Source: Bacteroidales bacterium
GTDB lineage: Bacteria; Bacteroidota; Bacteroidia; Bacteroidales; UBA3663
NCBI GenBank assembly: GCA_017618715.1
Contig: JAFZTS010000054.1
Coordinates: 37,298 to 101,297, forward strand
Length of the DNA: 64,000 nt
Reading direction: 5' to 3'
Below, in pieces: positions 28,902 to 38,613 of this stretch. Position numbers and translations under genes: made by a program. Below the pieces are notes generated by a model. That model was not told the origin of the DNA. It saw nothing but the letters and a program-made list of their open reading frames with translations, and ran no database searches. Numbering within the stretch: position 1 is the first letter of the stretch; each line of letters begins with the position of its first letter.

Positions 28902-31136
28902 TTATTTCACGAAGACAACCTTGCGGCCGTTCTGAATGTAAAGGCCATTGGTGGGATTGCCGACGCGACGGCCGTGCAGATCGTAGATGACGCTGGCATC
29001 GGTCGAAGTCGCGTTGTCCACGTTGCGGATGCCGGTAGCTTCCTCGTCGAAATTGAGCACGAAGGCCTTGATGCCCTCGCTCCCTGGATCACTGGCCATG
29101 AGGTCGCCCTTGAGCTGGAAGTAGCCACGGAAGGCATTGATGGTCATCTCACCATCGGGATAATACAACATGTTGTTGCTGCCCAAATAAAGCTTCGTGT
29201 TGTCGCCCTCTTCGCCGAAGGTGACGGGATTGTAGGTGGCGATGAAGTCGATGTACTTGGACGTCATCGGAATGGTCTCAGTATTGCGTAAGGTGACGTT
29301 CCGGAATATGGGGTTTTTCAATTCCTTCTCCTTGCCCGAAACGACATCCCAGCGGACGATATAGGGCCAACCTGCGTTGATCTCCTTGATCTCGCTCTGG
29401 CTGAAGTTCAGCGTCAGGGAGCACGTCTTTGCGTCGAACGATGACGAAATGAGCGTCTTGATGACGGCATCGCCGAGCACGGTGCCTGAAACGTTTTCGA
29501 TGGTGAATGGCAGGCAGAGAGTGTTCCACGAGCCGTCCTTGTAGAATGTGCGTCCATCGAGTGTGACAGTTGCTGTCTGATTGTTCCAAGTCTCGATCAA
29601 CGAGGCGTTGCTGTCATTGTCCTTCAGGCTGAGCAGACCGCAAGGGCAGGTGCCGTCGCTGCCGAAGGTGTGGGCTTCGTCGTTATTGCGCGTACCGCAA
29701 TAGGTGCAGATGCCTCGTGCATGAGTGTTGCCGTCGTTGATGGAATAGATGGAGCCGGTTACGCCAATGTGGTCGCAGGGCTCGATCCTGGCAGCTCCGC
29801 CCGAGTGGCAGCTGCTTTCGCGGTCGGTCCAGATTTCGACCTTGGGGAGGTGCCACTCGTCGGCACCAGCGTTCACCATCATCATGCCAAATTCAATAGT
29901 GCCGGGGTTGCCCGAGCCATATCCACTGCCGATGGCACATCCTCCTTCTGATTCGGAGGGTTTGCAGTTTTTGCCGCAGACGGCGAATACCGTACCACCG
30001 GTAATGATGACTTTGCCGCCATCACCACCGCCGTTGTAATAAGCACCGCCGCCGATGCCGGCTGCCTTAACTCCGCCTCGAGCTGTGACATTACCGCCCG
30101 TGATGATCACGTCGCCACCCTGGCTGCCGCCCGAGCCGCCGCCGATGCCTGCACCGCTGTACGAATCGTCCGGGAAGTGGATGCTCGATTCGTAGCCGCA
30201 TGCCTCGACCGTGCCACCCGAGATCTGCACTTTGCCGCCGATGCCACGGTTCTGGCCTCCACCGATGCCGGCAGCATAGCCACGCGCGTAGGCCTTGACG
30301 TCGCCGCCATAGATGTTGACATTGCCGCCGATGCCTTCGTCACCGCCGCCGATGCCTGCACCGCCGCCGCCGTTAGCGCCCCAATTCTCGTTGAATTTGC
30401 CCGAAGCCTTGATTGTGCCGCCATAGATGTTCACGGTGCCGCCCTGATCGCCCAGGTCGCCGCCGCCGATGCCTGCACCATATACGCCTCCGATGGCTAT
30501 CACTTTGCCTCCGTAGATGTTCACGGTGCCACCGATGCCGCCCTCTTTGCCGCCGCCGATGCCTGCACCGCTATCACCTCCTGTAGTATTTATCAAACCT
30601 CCATACATGGTCAAACTTCCGCTGCTGGCTCCTTTGCCGCCACCGATGCCTGCTGCGTTATCTTTGCCCTGCGCATGGATATTGCCGCCATGGACAATCA
30701 GATTGCCACAGGCAGTATTTCCCGCACTGCCGAGGCCGGCGGTATTTGAGTAATCATTGTTGTAAGCGTCGAGGACACCGCTGTCTTCAGTTTGGCCATA
30801 TACAGTCAAGGAGGCCGATCCTTCAAGTTTCAAACCGCCCGTAAGCGTAATTCTCGCTCCATCGCAAAGGATGAGATGCACGTTACTACCCATGATGTTG
30901 AGGGTCTGATAGGTCACATTCGATCCCTTCACCACATACCAACTGTTGTTCTCCAGGCCAAGCCAGCTGCCTGCATTCTGTCCTGCGATTTCGGTGTAAC
31001 TGCTGCAGGTTTTCACGGTCTCTACGACCTGCTTGTTCTCGGCGTCCCACGAACGCTCGATGTAGCTCACTTGTGCCCGCGTCGTCTGCCCCACGGCGAT
31101 AACAAGGGCGATAGCTAAAATTGTTTTCTTCATCAT
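28902..31136 (-). CDS. Secreted Gly-rich (AGIGGG) beta-helix-like repeat protein with T9SS CTD
   Basis: Start MMKKTILAIAL; about 7 repeats of G.V.I.GG.V.A....AGIGGG; WNTLCLPF module; IYDLHGRRV CTD; TACCTTTG on minus strand at 31179-31186. Confidence 0.78.
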   Translation of the reverse strand: MMKKTILAIALVIAVGQTTRAQVSYIERSWDAENKQVVETVKTCSSYTEIAGQNAGSWLGLENNSWYVVKGSNVTYQTLNIMGSNVHLILCDGARITLTGGLKLEGSASLTVYGQTEDSGVLDAYNNDYSNTAGLGSAGNTACGNLIVHGGNIHAQGKDNAAGIGGGKGASSGSLTMYGGLINTTGGDSGAGIGGGKEGGIGGTVNIYGGKVIAIGGVYGAGIGGGDLGDQGGTVNIYGGTIKASGKFNENWGANGGGGAGIGGGDEGIGGNVNIYGGDVKAYARGYAAGIGGGQNRGIGGKVQISGGTVEACGYESSIHFPDDSYSGAGIGGGSGGSQGGDVIITGGNVTARGGVKAAGIGGGAYYNGGGDGGKVIITGGTVFAVCGKNCKPSESEGGCAIGSGYGSGNPGTIEFGMMMVNAGADEWHLPKVEIWTDRESSCHSGGAARIEPCDHIGVTGSIYSINDGNTHARGICTYCGTRNNDEAHTFGSDGTCPCGLLSLKDNDSNASLIETWNNQTATVTLDGRTFYKDGSWNTLCLPFTIENVSGTVLGDAVIKTLISSSFDAKTCSLTLNFSQSEIKEINAGWPYIVRWDVVSGKEKELKNPIFRNVTLRNTETIPMTSKYIDFIATYNPVTFGEEGDNTKLYLGSNNMLYYPDGEMTINAFRGYFQLKGDLMASDPGSEGIKAFVLNFDEEATGIRNVDNATSTDASVIYDLHGRRVGNPTNGLYIQNGRKVVFVK

Positions 31137-31354
31137 TTTTCTACCTTTATATAGTAAGATTTTCTTCAAATTTGAGCGCAAAGGTACGAAATAAAACAGA
31201 TATCTGGGACTATTAGGGACTAAAAATCAATCGACTCCGAGGTTTATTTCGGCAATTTTATCTTTTTATAATGTACATATTACAATAATAAGGAAAAAAA
31301 GTTTTTCGTCGGTTTGAAGAAGAAATATAGGCTGAAGTGTTGTATTTAGAAAAA

Positions 31355-31386
31355 AATCAGCCTGAGGCCAAGGTCCCAGGCTGGTT
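31355..31386 (-). terminator. Intrinsic terminator, near-identical to 28829-28862
   Basis: aatcagcctg-aggccaaggtcc-caggctggtt with upstream A-tract. Confidence 0.72.
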
Positions 31387-31408
31387 ATTTTGAATAAAGC
31401 AGGAAAAC

Positions 31409-33550
31409 TTACTTCACAAGCACTTTGAGGGTGGTGCCATCGGAGAGCCTGATGATGTTGAGGCCACTCTGTGGAGCCTTGATGAGCTGGCCGGAGACGT
31501 TGTAGCGAACGGTCTCGTTGCCGGCCTTCTCTTCAATGGCGGCGATGCTTACACCCGGGTCTTGCTGGAGAACAACCTCGTCGGCATTGATCACTTCGCC
31601 AGTCGTCTGGTTGATGAGGAAGGCGACAACGCAGAGTTTCTTGTCCTGGATCAGGTCAAGCACAGCCACATGGTCCTCGGGATCTTCGCTCACGCGGTCT
31701 TCACCGATGAGGACGCCGTTGAGGTCGGCTTCAAAGGTGCCGTTGATGGTCTCTCCTATCTTGGCGGGGCCGCTGATGCTGCCATCGACACCATTCAATA
31801 CACCCCATCCTGCAACAGCCACATGGTTGTAGGTCATATCGAGGATGTAGCTGTCCATCCGAGTCAGCTCGCCGAGATATGGGTCATTGCCATACTCTTC
31901 GGCATATTCGCAATAGTAGTTGGCCTGTGCCCAGCTGCGGCCGGTACCCTTCAAGCCGTCGGCAACGAGGATATAGCCGATAGCAAGTGATGGATTTTCG
32001 TCTTCGAAGAAGAACTTCGTCTCGGTGCTGATGTTGATCTTGGTCTTCTCTTCGTCGGCCCATTCAGCCTGCACGGCGATGGCAGCAGGTGCAATGTCAG
32101 CCAGGACGGCTTCCACATCGTTCTTGATGTAATAGGGTTCTTCATAGGGGCTACTGCCATTGTATGGATCGACTTCGGTCAGACGGTTGATGAGCATGCT
32201 TGGGTATCCTTGAATATATTTGCTCTGGACAGACATGTATTCTTCAATCTCCATCGGGTCGCCATTGTGGGAAGCAATGAGGACAATCTCATCGCCGAAG
32301 TCGGCGGCAAGCTTCTCCAATCCTACCCAGCCACGGGTACACCATCCGCACCATGTGCCGGTATATTCCTCGATGAGCGGTTTCATCTTGGCAGTTTCCG
32401 AAAGCACATAGAGGGTGCCCTTGGCAACACTTTCCTTCTCGTTGGCCTCGCCGTTCACCTTGGTGAGAACAAGCTCGATCTTTTGTGTTCCAGCCTGTTC
32501 GCCTGTATTGAAGGAGATATTTACGGTGGCGTAGTCAAGAATGTTGGTGATGGGTCTGTCGAGCGTAATGGTCTGCTCATCGACTTTCGCACCATTGACG
32601 TTCACATCGTAGGTGAAGTTCTGGATGCCATTCGAACCTGAGTTGGTGATGGTAACGGGGAAAGCAACCTCCTGGTTGATGCTGGCATATTTTTCGCCAA
32701 AGTCGGCAAATGTAGCTGCGTTCTTGAGGAACTTGTCGCCGCCGATCAGGGCTTCTGCGCCCAGATAGTAGCCATACTGCGAGTAGTCGAACCAACCCAC
32801 ATATTGCAGATAGGCAGGGTTACCATACATTTCTGCATATTGCGAGTACAGTTCATCCTGATATTTCGATGCGAAGTACATGGAGCCTTCGAACAATTTG
32901 TCACCATAGGTGATTGCAAATGGTTCTGCCTCGGGATGTTCTGCTATCCATGCCAAATATTTCTCATACCAGGCATAGTACTCTGCGGTGGTGGTATAAT
33001 CCTCGGGCGGATAATCGGTCATGTCAATCTTAGAGTCAAAGTAGAAACCAACGTATAGGCCGCCTTCGGGAATCTCGTACTTCTTGTCGAAGAGGACTTC
33101 GTTATATCCCACTTCGAGCGTTTCAACATTCTTGATTTCCAGGTCGTAACCATCGGCATATTTGCCAACCTCGGAAAGTTTGGTCGAAACCCATGCCTTC
33201 GCATTGCTGATTCCGGTCGTTGAGGCCAGATAGAAGCGCATACCGTCGATGGTAGCTCCCTGTCCGGCCACCTTGTTGGGTATGTAAATGGCTAAAGCAT
33301 AGTCGCAGTCGCACATGGTACCCAACGTCGTGATATCAGTATCGTCCCAGTAGCCGAACCAAGCCTGGCCGGGTTCGAGCTCATAGTCCAGCAGGGCTGC
33401 GGGAGCCTTCATCATCTGGGGCATCGTGGCGTGTTTCAAACTGTTTTTGAAGGGACTTTGTTTCGGCAGGCGGAAATCTTTTTGACCTGCTGCGCTGACG
33501 GTTGCTACCAGTGCGAGCAACATCACGATTGAGAGTAGTTTTTTAATCAT
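31409..33550 (-). CDS. Omp28-like thioredoxin-fold (CxxC) secreted protein with T9SS CTD
   Basis: IEEYTGTWCGWCTRG, GYPSMLINR, YNHVA, INA; RYNVSGQLI.APQSGLNIIR CTD. Confidence 0.8.
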   Translation of the reverse strand: MIKKLLSIVMLLALVATVSAAGQKDFRLPKQSPFKNSLKHATMPQMMKAPAALLDYELEPGQAWFGYWDDTDITTLGTMCDCDYALAIYIPNKVAGQGATIDGMRFYLASTTGISNAKAWVSTKLSEVGKYADGYDLEIKNVETLEVGYNEVLFDKKYEIPEGGLYVGFYFDSKIDMTDYPPEDYTTTAEYYAWYEKYLAWIAEHPEAEPFAITYGDKLFEGSMYFASKYQDELYSQYAEMYGNPAYLQYVGWFDYSQYGYYLGAEALIGGDKFLKNAATFADFGEKYASINQEVAFPVTITNSGSNGIQNFTYDVNVNGAKVDEQTITLDRPITNILDYATVNISFNTGEQAGTQKIELVLTKVNGEANEKESVAKGTLYVLSETAKMKPLIEEYTGTWCGWCTRGWVGLEKLAADFGDEIVLIASHNGDPMEIEEYMSVQSKYIQGYPSMLINRLTEVDPYNGSSPYEEPYYIKNDVEAVLADIAPAAIAVQAEWADEEKTKINISTETKFFFEDENPSLAIGYILVADGLKGTGRSWAQANYYCEYAEEYGNDPYLGELTRMDSYILDMTYNHVAVAGWGVLNGVDGSISGPAKIGETINGTFEADLNGVLIGEDRVSEDPEDHVAVLDLIQDKKLCVVAFLINQTTGEVINADEVVLQQDPGVSIAAIEEKAGNETVRYNVSGQLIKAPQSGLNIIRLSDGTTLKVLVK

Positions 33551-33585
33551 GTCTCAAAAAATTAAAGGTTAGTAAATAAAATTGG

Positions 33586-34218
33586 TTATTTGACGATAAT
33601 CTTGCGTGCTGATTTGCTGTCCTTGACGATGTAAACGCCGCGTTTGAGTTGCAGGCGTTCGATGGCATCGGCATTCAGCATGACGGGGCGACCGCTGAGG
33701 TCATAGACGTCGGCGCGGCTCGAAGCATTGGAGATGTTCTCGATGCTCGAAGGCTCGCCGTTCAGGAATTCGATGTAGATGGAAAGCTCTTCGCCCCCAA
33801 CGTTCACGTCGAGTTTGGCAAGCAGGTGTCCCTCCTTGCGAATTGTGTAGGCATCGAATTGTGTTTGGATCTTGCTTCCCGAGAAGGTTTTGTCAAGCTC
33901 GGTGACACTGTTCATCGGGGAACATGCGCCACCCATGCACCATTGCAGGGACTTCGCACGGAAAGTGTGCTCGAGGATCGCCAGGTGTGCCGTACCGCTT
34001 ATTGTACTGCCGTCCTTGCTCACGAGCATCAGTCCCGTTTCGGGAGCCTCGGCTGGATTGGTCTCACATGACAGATCTCCGAAAAGGTCTTCTGCGGCTT
34101 CGATGGAGACGGCGCCATTCTCAAGGGGCTTGCCTTGATACTGGAACTCGAAATTCTGTGCGAAGACTGCCAGAGGTGTGGCAAGAATCATGAATAAGGT
34201 GATAAAGAATTGCTTCAT
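33586..34218 (-). CDS. Small secreted protein with T9SS CTD
   Basis: Signal peptide, QWCMGGAC motif, VYDLSGR...LKRGVYIVK...KIIVK. Confidence 0.75.
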   Translation of the reverse strand: MKQFFITLFMILATPLAVFAQNFEFQYQGKPLENGAVSIEAAEDLFGDLSCETNPAEAPETGLMLVSKDGSTISGTAHLAILEHTFRAKSLQWCMGGACSPMNSVTELDKTFSGSKIQTQFDAYTIRKEGHLLAKLDVNVGGEELSIYIEFLNGEPSSIENISNASSRADVYDLSGRPVMLNADAIERLQLKRGVYIVKDSKSARKIIVK

Positions 34219-34302
34219 AGGCGAATGAATTATGGGTTGTTATTTTGTTAGTCTAAATGTGTCGCTTCTATTATAACAACAAATGAATTCATTGATATTT
34301 TG

Positions 34303-34450
34303 GTGAAAATGGCCTCGTCTCTCGCTCCAATAGCGGAGACTTGGCCGGATGGATTTTATGCCCGAAGGGCAATTTTATGCAGGTATTGGACCTGCTCATT
34401 TTCCGGCAGCCTGGCTCGGCTATTGATGCCAGAGCCGCTGCCATTTTCAC
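34303..34450 (-). other. Structured dyad element, short copy, in the leader of the 34218 operon
   Basis: GTGAAAATGGC...GCCATTTTCAC terminal inverted repeat, 4 internal hairpins; homologous to 37313-37592; TATATTTG on minus strand at 34512-34519. Confidence 0.8.
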
Positions 34451-34758
34451 TCTTCTTTCAAAGTTTTTGGGTCATGTTTTATCGTTTTCGTTTCTATTGA
34501 AATATACGCTGCAAATATACGAAAAATGTTTATGAAATCGGCCTGATTATTGAATTATTGTTAAAACATTCCCCCCCATCGCCGCAATAATGTAACCTTT
34601 TGCTTTACATAGTTGTCAAAATGTTTGCAAAGTATTTGAGGCAATATTGTAAAAAAATGCTGAATTTCTACGAATTAATGATGAAAAAAACGCACAAATA
34701 TTGGATTATTCAAAAAAATGATATATCTTTGCTGCGAGAAAACCAATAAATCAACAAT

Positions 34759-37155
34759 ATGAAGAACCAATCCTTATTCAGAAATCTGGCCGGCATCATG
34801 ATGCTGGGTCTATTCTGCCACGCACAGGGGCAGACCGTCGAGTTCATGACTCCCGACATCGTGCGTATCACCAAGACGGCTGACGGTCAGAAGGTTAAGA
34901 AGCAATCGCTCGTAGTAATTGCCCAACCCGAAGTCGTGAAAGTGAAGGTGAGCGAGGCCAACGGCAAGAAACGCTATCAGTCGAAGGCGCTGACCGTCAC
35001 CGTTGATGAGAGCAACGGCCAGGTCACCTTCTGCAAGCCCGACGAGACCGTTCTGCTCGTCGATGCTGGCAGTAGCTTCATCCCCATCACCGAGGGCATC
35101 GACAAGGGCGCGTACAAGGTGAAGCAATCGTTCGCGCTCGAAAAGAATGAACCCATCTACGGCTTGGGCATGCTGCAGAACGGAAAGATGAATCTGCGCG
35201 GTGAACACCGCAACATGCAGCAGTCGAACCTTGAGGACTATGCCCACTTCTTCCAGAGCATCAAGGGCTATGGCGTATTCTGGGACAACTACTCTCCCAC
35301 CCGTATCGACGACGACGAGCAGCTCACCCTCGTGTCCGAAGTCGGCAAGCTCGTTGACTATTACTTCATCTATGGCGGTTCGGCCGATGGCGTCATCAGC
35401 CGTATGCGTCAACTGTCGGGACATGTTCCGATGCTTCCGCTTTGGACCTACGGCTTCCACCAGAGCCGCGAACGCTACAAGAGCCAGAACGAGCTGCTCG
35501 AAGTGGTGCGCAAGTATCGCGAGCTTAAGGTTCCCTTCGATGGCATCATCCAGGACTGGCAATATTGGGGCAGCAACTACACCTGGAATGCGATGGAGTT
35601 CATCAGCCCTGAATTTTCCCGCGCTCAGGCGATGATCGACGAGGTGCATCAGCGCAATGCCCACATCAGCATCTCCATCTGGGCAAGTTTCGGACCGATG
35701 TCCAAACCCTACCGTGAGCTCGACGAGAAGGGCCTGCTGTTCCACTTCAAGACTTGGCCCGAGTCGGGATTGGAGCCTTGGCCACCACGCCTTGACTATC
35801 CTTCGGGAGTGCGCGTCTATGACTGCTATTCGCCCGAGGCACGCGACATCTATTGGAAGCACCTGTCACGCCTGCACCAGATGGGCATCGATGCCTGGTG
35901 GATGGATTCGACCGACCCCGATCACGCCCAGTACAAGGACAGTGACCTCGACGAAGCTTGCGCCATGGGCAGTTGGCGTTCGGTGCGCAACGTATTCCCA
36001 TTGATGACCGTGGGCGGCGTGGACGAGCACCAGCGTGCCGTCGATACGCAGAAGCGACCCTTCATCCTCACCCGTTCGTTCTTTGCCGGACAGCAGCGCT
36101 ACGGTGCCAATACTTGGAGCGGCGACGTGGGCAGTTCGTGGGAGAGCTTGCGCAAGCAGGTGCCGCTTTGCCTGAATTATACGCTTTGCGCCGCGCCCCA
36201 TGTCAACACCGACATCGGCGGATTCTTCGCCAACAGCTATAATCGCCGCAGTGCCGACAACTCGGCCACCAAGAACCCGCAGTTCCAGGAGCTCTATGTG
36301 CGCTGGATGCAGTTCGGCCTGTTCTGCCCCATGATGCGCAGCCACGGCACGGAGGTCTATCGCGAACTCTATTATTACGGCAAGGAGGGCGAGCCCGTCT
36401 ATGATGCGCTGGTTTCGGCCGTCAAGATGCGCTATCGTCTGCTGCCCTACATCTACAGCCAGAGCTGGCAGGTGAGCCGCAACGACGATTCGTTCATGCG
36501 CGCCCTGGTGATGGATTTCGCCAACGACGAGAACGTGTGGAACCTTGGCCGCGAATACATGTTCGGCCACAACCTGCTCGTTTGCCCCGTGGTCGATCCG
36601 CTCTTCACGCAGGAGAAGATTGTGAAGACCGACGAGATGTCGGGTTGGGATCAGAAGGACAATGATGAGTATGCCAATGGTTGGCCGAAGGTGGATTGGA
36701 GCCAGAAGAAGGAATTCGAGGTCTATCTGCCGAAGGGTGCCGACTGGTACGACTATTGGACCGGGACCAAACTGCAGGGCGGGCAGAAGCTCTTGGCCGA
36801 TGCGCCCCTCGCCCATTCCCCACTCTACGTCAAGGCTGGTTCGATTCTTCCGATGGGACAGGATTTGCAGTATTCCAACGAAAAGCCGTGGGACAACATC
36901 ACGCTGACCGTCTATCCTGGACAGAATGCCACGTTCTGCCTCTATGAGGACGAGGGCGACGGCTTCGGCTACCAGCAGGGCCAGTACACCGAAATCCCGA
37001 TGACTTGGAATGAACGCAGCCGCACGCTCACCATCGGTGCCCGCAAAGGCCAGTTCGAGGGAATGCTCGCCCAGCGCACCTTCCTCGTCCGCATGGTCGG
37101 CGGTGAGGCTAAGCCTGTCACCTATTCGGGAAAGAAGGTGAGCATCAAGCTTTGA
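34759..37155 (+). CDS. GH31 glycoside hydrolase (alpha-xylosidase-like)
   Basis: IIQDWQYWG, WWMDSTDP nucleophile motif, WSGDV, TDIGGF, RSHG, LYEDEGD; TATCTTTG at 34724-34731. Confidence 0.92.
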   Translation: MKNQSLFRNLAGIMMLGLFCHAQGQTVEFMTPDIVRITKTADGQKVKKQSLVVIAQPEVVKVKVSEANGKKRYQSKALTVTVDESNGQVTFCKPDETVLLVDAGSSFIPITEGIDKGAYKVKQSFALEKNEPIYGLGMLQNGKMNLRGEHRNMQQSNLEDYAHFFQSIKGYGVFWDNYSPTRIDDDEQLTLVSEVGKLVDYYFIYGGSADGVISRMRQLSGHVPMLPLWTYGFHQSRERYKSQNELLEVVRKYRELKVPFDGIIQDWQYWGSNYTWNAMEFISPEFSRAQAMIDEVHQRNAHISISIWASFGPMSKPYRELDEKGLLFHFKTWPESGLEPWPPRLDYPSGVRVYDCYSPEARDIYWKHLSRLHQMGIDAWWMDSTDPDHAQYKDSDLDEACAMGSWRSVRNVFPLMTVGGVDEHQRAVDTQKRPFILTRSFFAGQQRYGANTWSGDVGSSWESLRKQVPLCLNYTLCAAPHVNTDIGGFFANSYNRRSADNSATKNPQFQELYVRWMQFGLFCPMMRSHGTEVYRELYYYGKEGEPVYDALVSAVKMRYRLLPYIYSQSWQVSRNDDSFMRALVMDFANDENVWNLGREYMFGHNLLVCPVVDPLFTQEKIVKTDEMSGWDQKDNDEYANGWPKVDWSQKKEFEVYLPKGADWYDYWTGTKLQGGQKLLADAPLAHSPLYVKAGSILPMGQDLQYSNEKPWDNITLTVYPGQNATFCLYEDEGDGFGYQQGQYTEIPMTWNERSRTLTIGARKGQFEGMLAQRTFLVRMVGGEAKPVTYSGKKVSIKL

Positions 37156-37312
37156 AGATAGAGTTTTTTCACGTCGAAAACCGCCTTTTTTGACCATTTG
37201 CTGCATTTTTTTCCAAAAGAATTTGGAATTAATCCGATTTTGGCATATATTTGCAGTGCAATTTCGACAAAACTCGAAACACATAACCGATAATAATACT
37301 TCGTAACTCAAG

Positions 37313-37592
37313 GTGAAAATGGCAGACAACCTCGGCCCAATGGCCTGGTTGTTTCTGCCGGAAAATGAGCAGGTCCAATACCTGCAAAAAATTGCTGCGC
37401 AGAAAATCCATCCGGCTCCAAACAATTCAGGGTGTAGTCCCCAAAAAACTTGACCGTGTAGTCCCTAAAACAGCTTGACCGGAACCCGCATTATTTTCTG
37501 CACGAAGTGCAATTTTCTGCTGCCATTGAGGCAGCACATTTTCCGGATTTAGAGACGGGCTATTGAAGCCCACGTCTCAAATCCATTTTCAC
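37313..37592 (+). other. Structured dyad element, full copy, in the leader of the LRR gene
   Basis: GTGAAAATGG...CCATTTTCAC terminal inverted repeat, nested stems and side hairpins; TATATTTG at 37246-37253. Confidence 0.85.
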
Positions 37593-37652
37593 AAGGATAT
37601 CAAAAAAATAAACCGCCAAAACTACAAACCTAAAAATAAAAACCAAATTATT

Positions 37653-38495
37653 ATGAAAAACTTTACATGTTCAATCGTGAAAGCCGCAGGCATCGCAATG
37701 GCCTGCTGGTTCCTCCCCTCTCTGGGCTTGGCCTCCGTCGAGGTCAATGGAGTGTATTATGATCTGGATGAGGCTGACCAGACTGCCGTCGTGGTTGCCA
37801 ATCCCGACAAATATGTCGGCACTGTGAACATCCCCGGCGACATCACCGTCGATGGCAAGACCTATCTCGTTACCGCCATCGCCGACTGTGCCTTCATCGA
37901 CAACTACGACCTCGAACAGGTCTATATGGAGTCCTCCAATCTGACTAAAATCGGCTTCAGCGCCTTCGAGCGTTGCTACTCGCTGAACAGCGTCACACTA
38001 CCCGAGGGCTTGAAATTCTTCAACTACGAAGCCTTCAAGGACTGCCGCAGCCTGGAGCGTGTCCAGCTGCCCAGCACGCTGGAGCACATCGGCGGCCGCT
38101 CGTTCATGAATTGCGTCAGCCTGACAAAGATCAATGTCCCCGAGTCAGCCGCTTATCTCGGCAACAAGTGGTTGTATGACTGCCCCTTGATCGTCCTCGT
38201 AGCCGATAGCCAGGAACCTCTGAAACTCAAGGAAGACCCCTTCGAGGGACTCGACAAGGATGCCTGCATCCTCAGCGTACCCGAGGGCTGCAAGGAAGCC
38301 TATCAGGCAGCAAAAGTCTGGAAAGACTTCCTGATCTTCGAGAACTATGACGAGGGTGGCACCACCGCCATCGAAAGCATCAGCGACCAGAGCCCCGCTT
38401 CCCGTCAGATCTTCGACCTCCAGGGCCGTCGCCTGAACAATGCTTCCCGCCACTCGATCATCATCGAGAACGGACGGAAGCGCATTGAGTGGTAG
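37653..38495 (+). CDS. BspA-type LRR protein with T9SS CTD
   Basis: Start MKNFTCS; VEVNGVYY.L, IPGDITVDGKTY.VTAI, LPEGL..F...AFKDC, IFDLQGRRL. Confidence 0.85.
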   Translation: MKNFTCSIVKAAGIAMACWFLPSLGLASVEVNGVYYDLDEADQTAVVVANPDKYVGTVNIPGDITVDGKTYLVTAIADCAFIDNYDLEQVYMESSNLTKIGFSAFERCYSLNSVTLPEGLKFFNYEAFKDCRSLERVQLPSTLEHIGGRSFMNCVSLTKINVPESAAYLGNKWLYDCPLIVLVADSQEPLKLKEDPFEGLDKDACILSVPEGCKEAYQAAKVWKDFLIFENYDEGGTTAIESISDQSPASRQIFDLQGRRLNNASRHSIIIENGRKRIEW

Positions 38496-38521
38496 GAATA
38501 TATAAAGATTCGAGAATAAAC

Positions 38522-38551
38522 AAAGGCCCGCACCAATTGGTGCGGGCCTTT
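38522..38551. terminator. Bidirectional terminator (perfect 30-bp palindrome)
   Basis: aaaggcccgcaccaattggtgcgggccttt between convergent genes. Confidence 0.85.
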
Positions 38552-38613
38552 TTATTTCGCCTCCCAGTGCCCCGTTTTTTTCTAAGCAACCGTCGGTCAC
38601 CACCACGTCACCA

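Noticed and set aside
34300-37425. Apparently homologous short ORFs containing CRYWTCSFSG or QVLDLLIFRQ
   Set aside because: They are antisense translations of the shared dyad element; similarity appears in more than one frame and stops at the element boundaries
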